Part shown: positions 17,003-26,896 of the stretch, in pieces | How the letters are laid out: every line of letters starts with the position of its first letter | Position numbering within the stretch: the stretch's first letter is position 1 | Source of the DNA: Candidatus Helarchaeota archaeon | GTDB taxonomy: Archaea; Asgardarchaeota; Lokiarchaeia; Helarchaeales; RDOG01 | Length of the DNA stretch: 31,903 nucleotides | NCBI GenBank assembly: GCA_029838215.1 | Contig: JALGVI010000056.1 | Coordinates: forward strand, 1 to 31,903 | Reading direction: 5' to 3' | Made by a program: the position numbers and the translations under genes | The notes under the pieces: model-generated | Seen by the model: only the letters and a program-made list of their open reading frames with translations | The model's database searches: none | Told to the model about the DNA's origin: nothing

Positions 17003-19360
17003 TTGGTGGACAACGTGCGAATTGGGGTTTTCCTATGCCATTGCGGGTCTAATATTGCCGGCGTGATCGACATTCCTCGGGTTGCGGAAGAAATTAGAAA
17101 ACTTCCGGATGTCGAGATTATTGAAAATGAGTATGTTTGTAGTGAATCGGGTTTATTACTGCTTAAAGAAGAGATTGCTTCGAAAAATTTGGACCGCATC
17201 GTGATTGGGGCTTGCTCTCCCAAAATGCATGAAAGCCTGTTCCAAAGTCAGTTAAAACAAGCAGGGATCAATTCATACCTCGTTGAAATTGCCAATTTGA
17301 GAGAACAAGCTTCTTGGGTTCATAAAGATCAAAAAGAAAAGGCAACAATGAAAGCAATAGACCTTGTAAAAATGGCCATCGCAAAAGCACGTTTTCTAGA
17401 ACCCCTTCAAAAAAAGAAAGTACCTGTTGAAAAATCTGCCTTAATAATTGGTGGAGGCGTGGCTGGCATCCAAGCCGCCTTGAGTCTGGCAGAATTGGAC
17501 ATACAAGTATATCTCGTGGAAAAAACTCCGAGCATTGGCGGTCACATGGCACAATATGACAAGACATTCCCCACGCTTGATTGTAGTATCTGCATTCTCG
17601 CACCTTTAATGGTCGAAGCCTCCCTAAATCCAAAAATTGAAATCATAACACGTGCAGAAGTGCAGGAAGTATCCGGATACGTGGGAAACTTCGAAGTACA
17701 AGTCTTGAAGAGGCCAAAATTTACAGATCCTGAGAAATGTACATCGGGATGCATAGAAGATTGTTCGACCAATTGTCCCATTGATGTTCTCGATGAATTT
17801 AACTTGTTTGGAACTCATAAAGCAATATACATTCCATTTCCGCAAGCAGTACCGCTCCAAGCAATCATTGACGATGAATATTGTATTGGTTGTAGAAACT
17901 GCGAGGTATTTTGTAAAAGGGATGCTATCGACTATAATCAAAGACCCGAGCAACTTGAACTGAAAGTCGGAGCAATCATCGTTGCAACAGGGTTTGAAAC
18001 ATTCGATCCATCGATCTTGGGTGAATATGGTTATGGTCGTTATCCAAATGTCATTACCGGTCTGGAATTCGAAAGAATATTAACACCTTTTGGTCCAACT
18101 GGAGGAAAATTGATCCGCCCTTCTGATGGCAAGGACGTTCAAAGCGTTGTCTTCGTTCAATGCGTGGGGAGTCGGGATGAACGCATCCATCGTGAGTATT
18201 GTTCGCGCGTTTGTTGCATGTATGCAATGAAACAAGCATTTCAGATCAAGGAAAAAAACCCCAATGCAGATATTTCTGTTCTCTTTGTTGATGTTCGAGC
18301 ATCGGGAAAGGGATATGAAGAATTTTACAATAGAGCACTACGTGAACGGGTTCGTTTTATTAAAGGACGCGTGAGTCGAATAGTCGAAAATCCTGAAAAC
18401 CAAAATCTCATTGTAAAGACAGAAGATGCCTTAATGGGACGGCAAATTGAAATTGAAACTGATATGGTAATTCTTTCTGTAGGAATGGAGCCTAGTAAAG
18501 AAGCGACAGAACTGGCAAAGATCCTAAAAATTTCTCAAACAAATGATGGTTTTTTTCAATCCAGCCACCCTAAACTTCGACCTGCAGAATCCGGAACGCA
18601 AGGGATATTCATTGCCGGGTGTGCACAAGGTCCTAAAGAAATTGAAACCAGCACGGTTCATGCTAGTAGAGCCGCTTTAAAAGCAGCCATAATCCTCAAT
18701 CGTGGTGAAGTTGAAATTGATCCGATCGTCCCTGATATCGACCGTGAAAAATGCGTCAAGTGCAAGCTTTGTATCAGCCTGTGCGATTCAAACGCAATTG
18801 AATTTAAAAACGACGAGATTCAAATCAATGAAGCCGCTTGCATTGGATGCGGAGTCTGCACGGGTGGGTGTCCTGCGAATGCCCTGTCCCAACCGGGATT
18901 TACTTCCACGCAAATAATGGCTGAACTCGAAGCCATTGAAGAAAAACCCGAGTACCCCTTCGTGATTGGATTCTTTTGTAATTGGTGTGCCTACGCAGCA
19001 GTAGATCTGGCAGGCACGTCGAAGCTTGAATACCCAACAAACATACGGATCATTCGTGTAAGGTGCACTGGTGCTGTAAATCCATTATACATCTTGAAAG
19101 CATTCGAAATTGGAGCTGACGGCGTGCTGGTTGCAGGTTGCCACGAACAGACTTGTCATTATCGAACGGGATTTACTCACATGCTTCAAAGAGGAACAAA
19201 TCTCAAGCAAATCTTGGACGAAATTGGCATATCTCCTCAACGTCTTCGCATCGAAAGCGCGTCCGCAGCCGAAAGCATCGAAATAAAAAATATCATTGAA
19301 GAATTCATTGATGAATTGCGGGAACTGGGACCCATAGGAAATGAATTCTCTGAAAAATAG
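17003..19360 (+). CDS. hdrA: Heterodisulfide reductase subunit A fused to MvhD (HdrA-MvhD)
   Basis: GVFLCHCG, GACSP, IIGGGVAG, KTFPTLDCSIC, ferredoxin motifs, QCVGSRD...YCSRVCC; C-terminal FFCNWCAY...RVRCTG...GCHEQTCHY is MvhD. Confidence 0.95.
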   Translation: MVDNVRIGVFLCHCGSNIAGVIDIPRVAEEIRKLPDVEIIENEYVCSESGLLLLKEEIASKNLDRIVIGACSPKMHESLFQSQLKQAGINSYLVEIANLREQASWVHKDQKEKATMKAIDLVKMAIAKARFLEPLQKKKVPVEKSALIIGGGVAGIQAALSLAELDIQVYLVEKTPSIGGHMAQYDKTFPTLDCSICILAPLMVEASLNPKIEIITRAEVQEVSGYVGNFEVQVLKRPKFTDPEKCTSGCIEDCSTNCPIDVLDEFNLFGTHKAIYIPFPQAVPLQAIIDDEYCIGCRNCEVFCKRDAIDYNQRPEQLELKVGAIIVATGFETFDPSILGEYGYGRYPNVITGLEFERILTPFGPTGGKLIRPSDGKDVQSVVFVQCVGSRDERIHREYCSRVCCMYAMKQAFQIKEKNPNADISVLFVDVRASGKGYEEFYNRALRERVRFIKGRVSRIVENPENQNLIVKTEDALMGRQIEIETDMVILSVGMEPSKEATELAKILKISQTNDGFFQSSHPKLRPAESGTQGIFIAGCAQGPKEIETSTVHASRAALKAAIILNRGEVEIDPIVPDIDREKCVKCKLCISLCDSNAIEFKNDEIQINEAACIGCGVCTGGCPANALSQPGFTSTQIMAELEAIEEKPEYPFVIGFFCNWCAYAAVDLAGTSKLEYPTNIRIIRVRCTGAVNPLYILKAFEIGADGVLVAGCHEQTCHYRTGFTHMLQRGTNLKQILDEIGISPQRLRIESASAAESIEIKNIIEEFIDELRELGPIGNEFSEK

Positions 19361-19371
19361 AACGTGATTTA

Positions 19372-20233
19372 ATGACCGAAGAAGAAATATCCGTAGAATT
19401 TGACATGCTTGATGAAAATACAACCGTGCTTTCTTGGAAAAGCTCTGATAATCAAAAAAATCTCATTTTTGATAACACGAAGTGCATAGGTTGTGGAATG
19501 TTCCGTGGTTTCGGGCCTTTTCGAAGCCCCATTTCAACTGTTCGATGCTGAAAAATGCATTTTCTGCGGTTTATGTGCTGCTTTTTGCCTTTCAAATGCC
19601 ATTCTTTTCAAATTTAATGAAAAATCCGTGCTGGATTTTGATGATTTCATTCAACTTGCACGAAAATACGAATCAGGTGATCCTCACAAGATTAAAATAA
19701 CACCCGAAATCGAAAGCCTGAAGAATTTTGGATCTCCCATAATCGGTGAATTGACGTTTCATGAAATGGAAAAATGCGATCCTGTCGGATGTGTTGTTTG
19801 TTACAAGATCTGTCCCACGGATGCTCTTTCATCTCCAAAAATGTCCAAGGATAAGATCGTTCTTGACGAGGCTCGCTGCATATATTGCGGAGCCTGCGAG
19901 ATCGGCTGTCCTGAACACCTGATTAAAGTGCGTCGAAAAAAAGTCGATTTCAAAGGTGGAATCGATGCACCATGGGCGAATTCTTGGCTCCAAGCCATTG
20001 AGAAGATCACGGGCACGACATTCTCCGTTCCTGAAATTCGAACAATACCAAAGAAAATTGAAGAAATCACGCAAAAGATCACGGGAAACCAATCCGTCCC
20101 ACGAGTCAGTCCTGAAGCCTTCGCAAAATTAAAAGAACGCCTCGATTTCGTGGCAAAAGACTTGCAAACAATAAAAACACGATTTTGGGTCGAAGGGAGA
20201 ACAAAAAAGAAAGTCAAATATCAATATAAGTAA
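19372..20233 (+). pseudogene. Multi-[4Fe-4S] ferredoxin (FwdG/polyferredoxin-like) with an apparent frameshift near 19501
   Basis: ATG 19372 (GTGA SD) gives MTEEE...LIFDNTKCIGCGM, then runs to TGA 19549-19551. The +1 frame continues SVVSGLFEAPF..DAEKCIFCGLCAAFC, CDPVGCVVCYKICP, CIYCGACEIGCP. May be an assembly error. Confidence 0.75.
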
Positions 20234-20243
20234 GAGAAATTCC

Positions 20244-21680
20244 TCATTCTTCTAATAAATAAGAGACTAACGTGATTAGTCCAAGAGCCGCAGTGACGAA
20301 CCTTATCCCAACTTTTGGCAACAATTTACTACGGTGAGAAATGTGATATTCCAAAGGATTTACTCCCATCTTGGCTGTCTTCATTTCATCACAATAATCT
20401 TGGAAGGTTTTCGTAGGGAATTCTATACCATATTTATCTCCGTGAAAAAAGATGAATGATCCTGGTGATATGTGGATTGGTTCCATCAACAACATGTTAC
20501 GATATTTAACTGCTCGTAGTGCTTGAAGGCTATTTTTAATGATGTCAATACCCGTTTCACGCGGATAACCAATATCCCAAAATAGGAGAATTGGTATTCG
20601 ATGCTTTTGAAATGTTTTTAATAAGTCCCAGAGTTGCTTATTGGTAAAACGGAATGACGAATCAAATTTTCCAAATATCCTGTCCATTTTCTTCCGTTGT
20701 GATTCGGAGAAAATCCTAGGACTAAAAATTATCAAGGATTTCTTCTTGAATGTCTTGAGATGATCAAGGATGTAGTGCTTGCTCACGGGCAATCGCCATA
20801 TCTCTTGATCTACCCCTAATTCCAATCCTTCCTTTCGAATTAATCGATTTATCTCCATGAAATATTTCTCCGTGGCAGGATATATTCCATGTCCATAGAA
20901 AAAACGCTCTATCTCGGCTAATTCCGTTATTTCCCTGAGATCGTCAACGACACGTTGTGGAGAGCGGAAGACAACTCGGTTTCGATTTGATATGATTCTT
21001 GCAGAAAATCGCCCGCCTCCACAGAAAATACAATCATTAGAACAGCCTCGAGCAACTTCAACGGGCCACCTAAATCCCATCTTTTTCTCGGAATAATACA
21101 AATATTCCTTCCAATGTTCTAAATATTGAATTCTTGAAAAATTCAATGAATCTAATTCATTTGCTACGTAAGTTAGATCATTTTTCTTGATCTTTCCATT
21201 TTCTCTATATGTTAAATTCGGCACGTTTTCGAGAGAGTTCAAGTTTTTCATCAATTCAACAATTGGAACCTCTGCATCCCCACGAATGACACCGTCAACA
21301 TAATCATGGTGAGTGATAATTTCATCCGAGAAAAACGATGCCGTATATCCTCCAAGTAACGTGAAACAAGAAGGAAAGACTTTTTTTACCACTCTTAATA
21401 TCTCCGTTGCTCCATGGGCGTGTAATGCCCAGTGTAAATCTACGGCAAGGACTTTGAAGTTGTATTCTTTCAGTTTTCTAATGAGCGAAAAATTTGAATT
21501 AATAATAAATTCAAGCGGATAGTCGAAAATCTTTACTTCAAGACCATTTTTAGCTAAAAGATCCGCAAGACCAAAAACCCCCATCGGAATCGATAAAAAT
21601 GCTGTCCGATATCGTGAAGCATGTTTTAAAGATTGAAAATTTATTGGTGGATGAACAAAAATTATATCTACATCTTTCAT
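20244..21680 (-). CDS. Cobalamin-binding radical SAM protein (class B methyltransferase-like)
   Basis: DIIFVHPP, PMGVFGLA, AVDLHW, LLGGYTAS, GVIRGDAE, EVARGCSNDCIFCGG (CxxxCxxC). ATG 21680 avoids overlap with the divergent gene. Confidence 0.9.
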   Translation of the reverse strand: MKDVDIIFVHPPINFQSLKHASRYRTAFLSIPMGVFGLADLLAKNGLEVKIFDYPLEFIINSNFSLIRKLKEYNFKVLAVDLHWALHAHGATEILRVVKKVFPSCFTLLGGYTASFFSDEIITHHDYVDGVIRGDAEVPIVELMKNLNSLENVPNLTYRENGKIKKNDLTYVANELDSLNFSRIQYLEHWKEYLYYSEKKMGFRWPVEVARGCSNDCIFCGGGRFSARIISNRNRVVFRSPQRVVDDLREITELAEIERFFYGHGIYPATEKYFMEINRLIRKEGLELGVDQEIWRLPVSKHYILDHLKTFKKKSLIIFSPRIFSESQRKKMDRIFGKFDSSFRFTNKQLWDLLKTFQKHRIPILLFWDIGYPRETGIDIIKNSLQALRAVKYRNMLLMEPIHISPGSFIFFHGDKYGIEFPTKTFQDYCDEMKTAKMGVNPLEYHISHRSKLLPKVGIRFVTAALGLITLVSYLLEE

Positions 21681-21752
21681 TGTATCATGTTTACGAACAA
21701 ATTCCTTTAAAGAATTTACTGATGTTTTTTTACGAATAATGAGCCTGAGACC

Positions 21753-22289
21753 ATGGATGAACATGACGATGATTTTTGCATGAATAAATGCGACGGGCAT
21801 TGTTGTTCCAGTTACACGGTCCTGATCACCAGTGAAGATGCAATCCGCATTTCTCAAGGAGTAAAATTAGACCCCGAAGAATATCTGGTAATTTACGATT
21901 CCTCCGTTGAAAATCAGAATTTTTATCCGACGATTACAATACAGGAGAACAACGTGGTTCTTGGCATTCGTTTTAAACCCGATTCAACAACCTGTTTCTT
22001 TTTGGGTGATAATGGTCTCTGTTCAATACACGAATTCAAACCGCGCGTTTGTCAAACATACCCGTTCACGATGGATGTTGAAGGAAATCTCATCCGAATG
22101 GAAGGATTATCCGAAGTATGTCCATATCAATGGTGGCCGCATTCGTCCGAGATGACGGAACGCATTCGTTCTAATTTATTGGCATCATGGAAAGAAATCA
22201 AAATATATAGAGAAAAAGCAATGGCTTGGAATAAAAATGGAAAGAACGGTGACTTCACGGAATTTCTCAAATTCATTGGATGTAAATGA
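21753..22289 (+). CDS. YkgJ-family cysteine-cluster protein
   Basis: CMNKCDGHCC, CFFLGDNGLCSIHEFKPRVCQTYPF, CP. Confidence 0.88.
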   Translation: MDEHDDDFCMNKCDGHCCSSYTVLITSEDAIRISQGVKLDPEEYLVIYDSSVENQNFYPTITIQENNVVLGIRFKPDSTTCFFLGDNGLCSIHEFKPRVCQTYPFTMDVEGNLIRMEGLSEVCPYQWWPHSSEMTERIRSNLLASWKEIKIYREKAMAWNKNGKNGDFTEFLKFIGCK

Positions 22290-22295
22290 AGAAAA

Positions 22296-23333
22296 ATGCC
22301 ATCAGCAAACTCTCTTGTAGATACTAAATGTATAAAAACCGCCCTCCTGAAAACCACGGAGAACGGAAAAATCCGTTGTCGTACATGTGAACAAAAATGT
22401 TTGTTGGATGAATCACAAATTGGTCTGTGCAAGACACGGAAGGTAATCGAAGGAGATCTAAAAACACTCATATATGGGAACATTTCATCCATTTCAAATA
22501 ATCCGATCGAGAAAAAACCTTTTTACCATTTCTTTCCCGGGACATTCGCTCTTACAATCGGGAGTTGGGGATGTAATTTCGCTTGTCCATGGTGTCAAAA
22601 CTATCACATCTCTAAAACATCTCCTAATTCGCATCCCTGCACTTACATGTCACCTGAACGGTTGATTCAAAGAGCAATTCAATTGAAATCACGGGGTCTC
22701 AGCTATAGCTTTAATGAGCCAACTCTAATGCTCGAGCACGCCCTGGATACGTTCCCGAAAGCAAGACAGAAACGATTATACAACACGTTCGTCACAAACG
22801 GCTACATGACATTGAAAGCCCTCGATCTCCTAATCTCAAGCGGGCTTGATGCAATGAACGTTGATATTAAAGGGGATGAGAACGCCGTCAGGAAATTCTG
22901 CCGTGCTGATGTTAATAAGATTTATAGAAATTGTGCTCATGCAATTAAGAATGATGTTCACGTGGAAATCACGACTTTGATCATACCTGGAGTGAATGAC
23001 GAAGAATCTCTGTTGAAAAAAATTGCGAGTAGAATAAAAACTGAGCTTGGACCAAATACACCGTGGCATCTTTCCCGATATTATCCGCAATACGAATTCA
23101 GTACTCCGCCTACTCCACTCTCAAGCCTCAAACGTGCAAGAAAAATCGGTCATGATGAAGGATTAAACTACGTTTATCTGGGTAACGTGTCGGGACATGA
23201 AGAAGAGAACACGTATTGTCATAATTGCAAAGCTCTGCTCATAGAACGACATGGTTATAGCGTGCGTATTACCGGTCTCAAGGAAAAAAACAAATGTAAA
23301 AAATGTGGCGAAGAAATTCCCATTATCCTTTAA
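22296..23333 (+). CDS. AmmeMemoRadiSam-system radical SAM enzyme (PFL-activase-like)
   Basis: CRTCEQKC...GLCKTR, NPIEKKPFYHFFPG, GCNFACPWCQNYHIS, SFNEPT, WHLSRYYPQY, YVYLGNV, TYCHNC..CKKCG. Confidence 0.92.
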   Translation: MPSANSLVDTKCIKTALLKTTENGKIRCRTCEQKCLLDESQIGLCKTRKVIEGDLKTLIYGNISSISNNPIEKKPFYHFFPGTFALTIGSWGCNFACPWCQNYHISKTSPNSHPCTYMSPERLIQRAIQLKSRGLSYSFNEPTLMLEHALDTFPKARQKRLYNTFVTNGYMTLKALDLLISSGLDAMNVDIKGDENAVRKFCRADVNKIYRNCAHAIKNDVHVEITTLIIPGVNDEESLLKKIASRIKTELGPNTPWHLSRYYPQYEFSTPPTPLSSLKRARKIGHDEGLNYVYLGNVSGHEEENTYCHNCKALLIERHGYSVRITGLKEKNKCKKCGEEIPIIL

Positions 23334-23359
23334 AAAAACAAAATAAATTCATCTTGCAT

Positions 23360-24151
23360 TTATTGAATGACGTGCGCACGATCGATGAAGTTCTTTAAAG
23401 ACCGTAGGATCTTGATTAGCTCCCAGATCTTTACTTGATCTCCTTCGGTTAATAAATTCTGCAAGAATGATTCAAAATCTCCTCTTGACACATATTTTGA
23501 GAATTCTCCCAATTCCCAGAGGAGGTTTTTCATATCGGTCTGGGAAGCAGCCGTTGCCCAAGTCGAGCTCGGAACTGATTTGGCAGCTTCCATTGAAATG
23601 GGTTCTTCTATTTGTGGCGTGGGTGCAGGTGTTGGGGTTGGTTCTGGTATGGGTTCTGGAGCAGGAGCCTCTGCTTGAGAAGGAACAGGGGTTGGTGCTG
23701 CTTTGCTTAATATGGACATGACGTTATCATTTGCTCTTGCCACGTCCATATATGCCACGCCTGCTCCACCTTCTGGTGTGACGTAAGCAATCATTATTTG
23801 TTGATCTCTATTATTTGTTGCCACTATATGTCCCATTCCCATGACATTCGTGCCAACTAATCTTTCAGGCGTGCATTGTAATATGGAGTATTTTATGCCT
23901 TGAACGGTAATGGATGGTGCCTGTTGTCTCCATGAGTTCAACAATAAAATTATGTCCGATGTAATGTCCCAATTAGAAGTTTGGAAGATGACTTCCCCTT
24001 GTCCATTTGTTATGGTTACTGCCGTTACTGAATTGTTTTTATCCATCAAGCCTCTAATTTCTTGCTCAATTTCACTGGTTTGTATTTGGTTCACTTTTGG
24101 GCGACCTTCCAATGGAGATTTTTGCCTATCTTGAGGAATCAGTAAATTCAT
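23360..24151 (-). CDS. Asgard-type profilin with Pro-rich linker and extra C-terminal helical domain
   Basis: AVTITNGQGEVIFQTSNWDI...W....ITVQGIKYSILQCTPERLVGTNVMGMGHIV...IAYVTPEGGAGVAYMDVARA matches the Asgard profilin pattern; ~115 aa follow it. Confidence 0.82.
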   Translation of the reverse strand: MNLLIPQDRQKSPLEGRPKVNQIQTSEIEQEIRGLMDKNNSVTAVTITNGQGEVIFQTSNWDITSDIILLLNSWRQQAPSITVQGIKYSILQCTPERLVGTNVMGMGHIVATNNRDQQIMIAYVTPEGGAGVAYMDVARANDNVMSILSKAAPTPVPSQAEAPAPEPIPEPTPTPAPTPQIEEPISMEAAKSVPSSTWATAASQTDMKNLLWELGEFSKYVSRGDFESFLQNLLTEGDQVKIWELIKILRSLKNFIDRAHVIQ

Positions 24152-24190
24152 CGGATATGTATGAATCGTTCATTATTCCAATTTCGTTCA

Positions 24191-24206
24191 TATTTAAAGA
24201 ATTTTT
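24191..24206 (-). promoter_or_regulatory. BRE + TATA box upstream of the profilin gene
   Basis: Minus strand GAAAAATTC-TTTAAATA about 40 nt upstream of ATG 24151. Confidence 0.5.
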
Positions 24207-24251
24207 CTTTAGAATTAAAATTATCAGATGATATATGATAAAATTGCATCT

Positions 24252-24497
24252 TTAATGGTTCTTGAAATCTTTCAAGAGTTCGATGCGATTTTTCGTTTTT
24301 GTTATGCGGGAAACGTTAATAATACCTTGAATTTCTAAACTCATGATGTTTTTCGAGAATTCAGAAGGAGATAGGTCTTTAAATTCCTTAAGAAGATTGT
24401 TGTATAGATCTGTATCTACGCTAATACCCTTATTTTTAAGAAGAATTTGAATTATTGTATTTTTTATGGGTAACGTGTTCCATGTAATTTTTCTCAT
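24252..24497 (-). CDS. Small winged-helix protein downstream of cdc48
   Basis: PIKNTIIQILLKNKG..VDTDLY...SEFSKNIMSLEIQGIINVSRITKTKNRIEL has wHTH topology. An alternative ATG at 24569 abuts the cdc48 stop. Confidence 0.75.
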   Translation of the reverse strand: MRKITWNTLPIKNTIIQILLKNKGISVDTDLYNNLLKEFKDLSPSEFSKNIMSLEIQGIINVSRITKTKNRIELLKDFKNH

Positions 24498-24569
24498 GAT
24501 CGTTCTTCCGTTTAAAAGCAATTTTGATTTACGAGTTTTAAAAAGAATAAAAATATTGTGGACTTGCAT

Positions 24570-26765
24570 TTACATGACGTGCGAGGGTCCTGAATAATCA
24601 CCCGAGGATTTCTTAATTATTTGTGCTTGGCGCTTGTAATACTTAATGATCTGGTCGTTCACGGTCGGATGTATCTTTTCCATTGCATTCTTGAAATCTT
24701 CCATGGTTACTTTTTCAACATCAAAATCCCTTCGTAATGCCAAGATACCTGCTTCTTGGCAGACTCCTTCAATGTCAGAACCAACAAAATGCTTGCTCTC
24801 TCTTGCTAGTCGATCTACGTCAACGTCGGGAGCTAATGGCATCTTTTTCGTATATATCTCAAAAATTTGACGGCGTTCGTGTTCATTCGGTGGCTCGATC
24901 AGGATTACCCTGTCAAATCTACCGTGTCGAATTAATGCTCTATCAACGATATCTAAACGATTCGTTGCTGCCATGACGACCACGTCTTTCAATGTTTCTA
25001 ATCCATCAAGTTCCGTCAGAATTTGGCTTATGACTCGAGAAGTGACATTTGAATCTCCAAAACTCATCCCTCTAGTTGGCGCAATGGCATCAATTTCATC
25101 AAAAAATATGATGGCGGGTGATGCGGTCCTTGCCTTCTTGAACACCTCACGAATTGCTTTTTCCGATTCTCCGACCCACTTGCTAAGAACCTCTGGTCCT
25201 TTGACGCTAATGAAATTAGCTTCGCTTTCCGTTGCTGTTGCTTTTGCAATGAGTGTTTTACCACAACCTGGAGGACCGTAAAGCAGTATGCCCTTCGGTG
25301 GTTTTATTCCAACTTTAGCAAATTTTTCAGAATGTTTTAAGGGCCATTCCACGGCTTCTACCAGCTCTTGCTTGATGTAATCTAGTCCTCCTATATCCTC
25401 CCAATGGACATTTGGATTTTCTATCATTACCTCACGAATTGCAGAAGGTTGAATTTCCTTAAGAGCACTATAAAAATCATTTGCGGTGACTTCTATTCTA
25501 TTCAAGATTTCAGTTGGAATTTCTTCATCTTCTAAATTTATCTCCGGAAGATAACGACGAAGGCATTTCATTGCGGCTTCACGACACAAGGCGGCAAGAT
25601 CTGCGCCTACAAAACCGTGAGTAATGCTGGCAAAATCCTCCGTTTCAACATCTTTACTCAATGGCATTGCTCTTGTATGAATTTGTAAGATTTCTAACCG
25701 ACCTTTCTTGTCAGGTACTCGAATTTCAATTTCGCGATCGAAACGACCGGGTCGCCTCAAGGCAGGGTCCAAGGCATTAGGACGGTTGGTTGCTCCAATC
25801 ACTATGACTTTTCCTCTTCCGTGAAGCCCGTCCATCAATGCAAGTAATTGTGCTACTACTCGGCGCTCAACTTCTCCCGTTACTTCTTCCCGCTTTGGAG
25901 CAATGGCATCCAATTCATCAATGAACACGATGCTGGGGGAATTCTTATCGGCTTCTTCAAAGATTTTTCTGAGCTTCTTTTCACTTTCACCATAAAACTT
26001 GCTCATTATTTCAGGACCGTTTATTGGAATGAAGTGCGCATCTGATTCATTAGCAACAGCGCGTACTAATAAAGTCTTGCCACATCCTGGAGGTCCTGCA
26101 AGAAGAACTCCCTTCGGCGGACTAATTCCAAGCTTCTTAAAAAGCTCGGGATGTTTTAACGGAAGCTCCACCATCTCCCGTATCCTTTGTATCTCTTCAT
26201 TCAACCCTCCTATATCTTCGTATGTTATGAGGGGAATACCTCCGGGAGTTTCCTCAAGAGCACTCTCACTAACACGAAGCACGGTCGAATTTTTTATGAC
26301 AACGACACCATTAGGTCGAGTTGATATGATCTGAAATGGGACTTCCTTCTTTATACCGATAGGAATGTAAATGATGTCATCTTTTGTCACGGGACAATTC
26401 AACAATTTCTTCTTGACAAAAGTTTCCACGTAAGGATCTGCCCGTATATTCACTGTTGTTGGTGCAATGATTATCGTTCTTGCCGTCTTTTCTTCTGCCT
26501 TAATTACTTCAACTGTTTCTCCGATTGTTACTCCGGCATTCTTTCGTAAACGACCATCCATTCGGATTATGTTCTGTCCGCGATCTTCTGAGTAGGCTGG
26601 CCAAGCCATTGCTGCAGTAACTCTTTTTCCCTTTATTCCTACGATATCGCCTGACTGGATCATCAATTTATCCATGAGATTTTGATCAATTCGGATGATA
26701 GATCGTCCAACATCTCTGGGTTTCGCCTCGGCGACCTTTACTAGTTCGAAGTCCATTTCAACCAC
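24570..26765 (-). CDS. cdc48: CDC48/VCP/p97-family AAA+ ATPase
   Basis: N-domain [11 protein letters not shown], two AAA modules with [32 protein letters not shown]. Start is GTG 26765 or ATG 26756. Confidence 0.97.
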   Translation of the reverse strand: MVEMDFELVKVAEAKPRDVGRSIIRIDQNLMDKLMIQSGDIVGIKGKRVTAAMAWPAYSEDRGQNIIRMDGRLRKNAGVTIGETVEVIKAEEKTARTIIIAPTTVNIRADPYVETFVKKKLLNCPVTKDDIIYIPIGIKKEVPFQIISTRPNGVVVIKNSTVLRVSESALEETPGGIPLITYEDIGGLNEEIQRIREMVELPLKHPELFKKLGISPPKGVLLAGPPGCGKTLLVRAVANESDAHFIPINGPEIMSKFYGESEKKLRKIFEEADKNSPSIVFIDELDAIAPKREEVTGEVERRVVAQLLALMDGLHGRGKVIVIGATNRPNALDPALRRPGRFDREIEIRVPDKKGRLEILQIHTRAMPLSKDVETEDFASITHGFVGADLAALCREAAMKCLRRYLPEINLEDEEIPTEILNRIEVTANDFYSALKEIQPSAIREVMIENPNVHWEDIGGLDYIKQELVEAVEWPLKHSEKFAKVGIKPPKGILLYGPPGCGKTLIAKATATESEANFISVKGPEVLSKWVGESEKAIREVFKKARTASPAIIFFDEIDAIAPTRGMSFGDSNVTSRVISQILTELDGLETLKDVVVMAATNRLDIVDRALIRHGRFDRVILIEPPNEHERRQIFEIYTKKMPLAPDVDVDRLARESKHFVGSDIEGVCQEAGILALRRDFDVEKVTMEDFKNAMEKIHPTVNDQIIKYYKRQAQIIKKSSGDYSGPSHVM

Positions 26766-26896
26766 TTCATTTAATGATCATCATTCATATTAACAAATTC
26801 TTGTCCAAGTAAAATGATTCAATTTGTATAGGAAAAGACTATTATTTTTTTTTAATTGTTTTTTTTCAACATGAGTTACTAGGATAGGATCGAAAG

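Noticed and set aside
17003-19360. Selenocysteine recoding in HdrA/MvhD
   Set aside because: Positions that are Sec in some orthologues are Cys here, with no in-frame TGA.
21681-21857. 59-aa N-terminal extension of the B12 radical SAM ORF given by the track
   Set aside because: Overlaps the divergent YkgJ gene; the family pattern begins at MKDVDIIFVHPP (21680).
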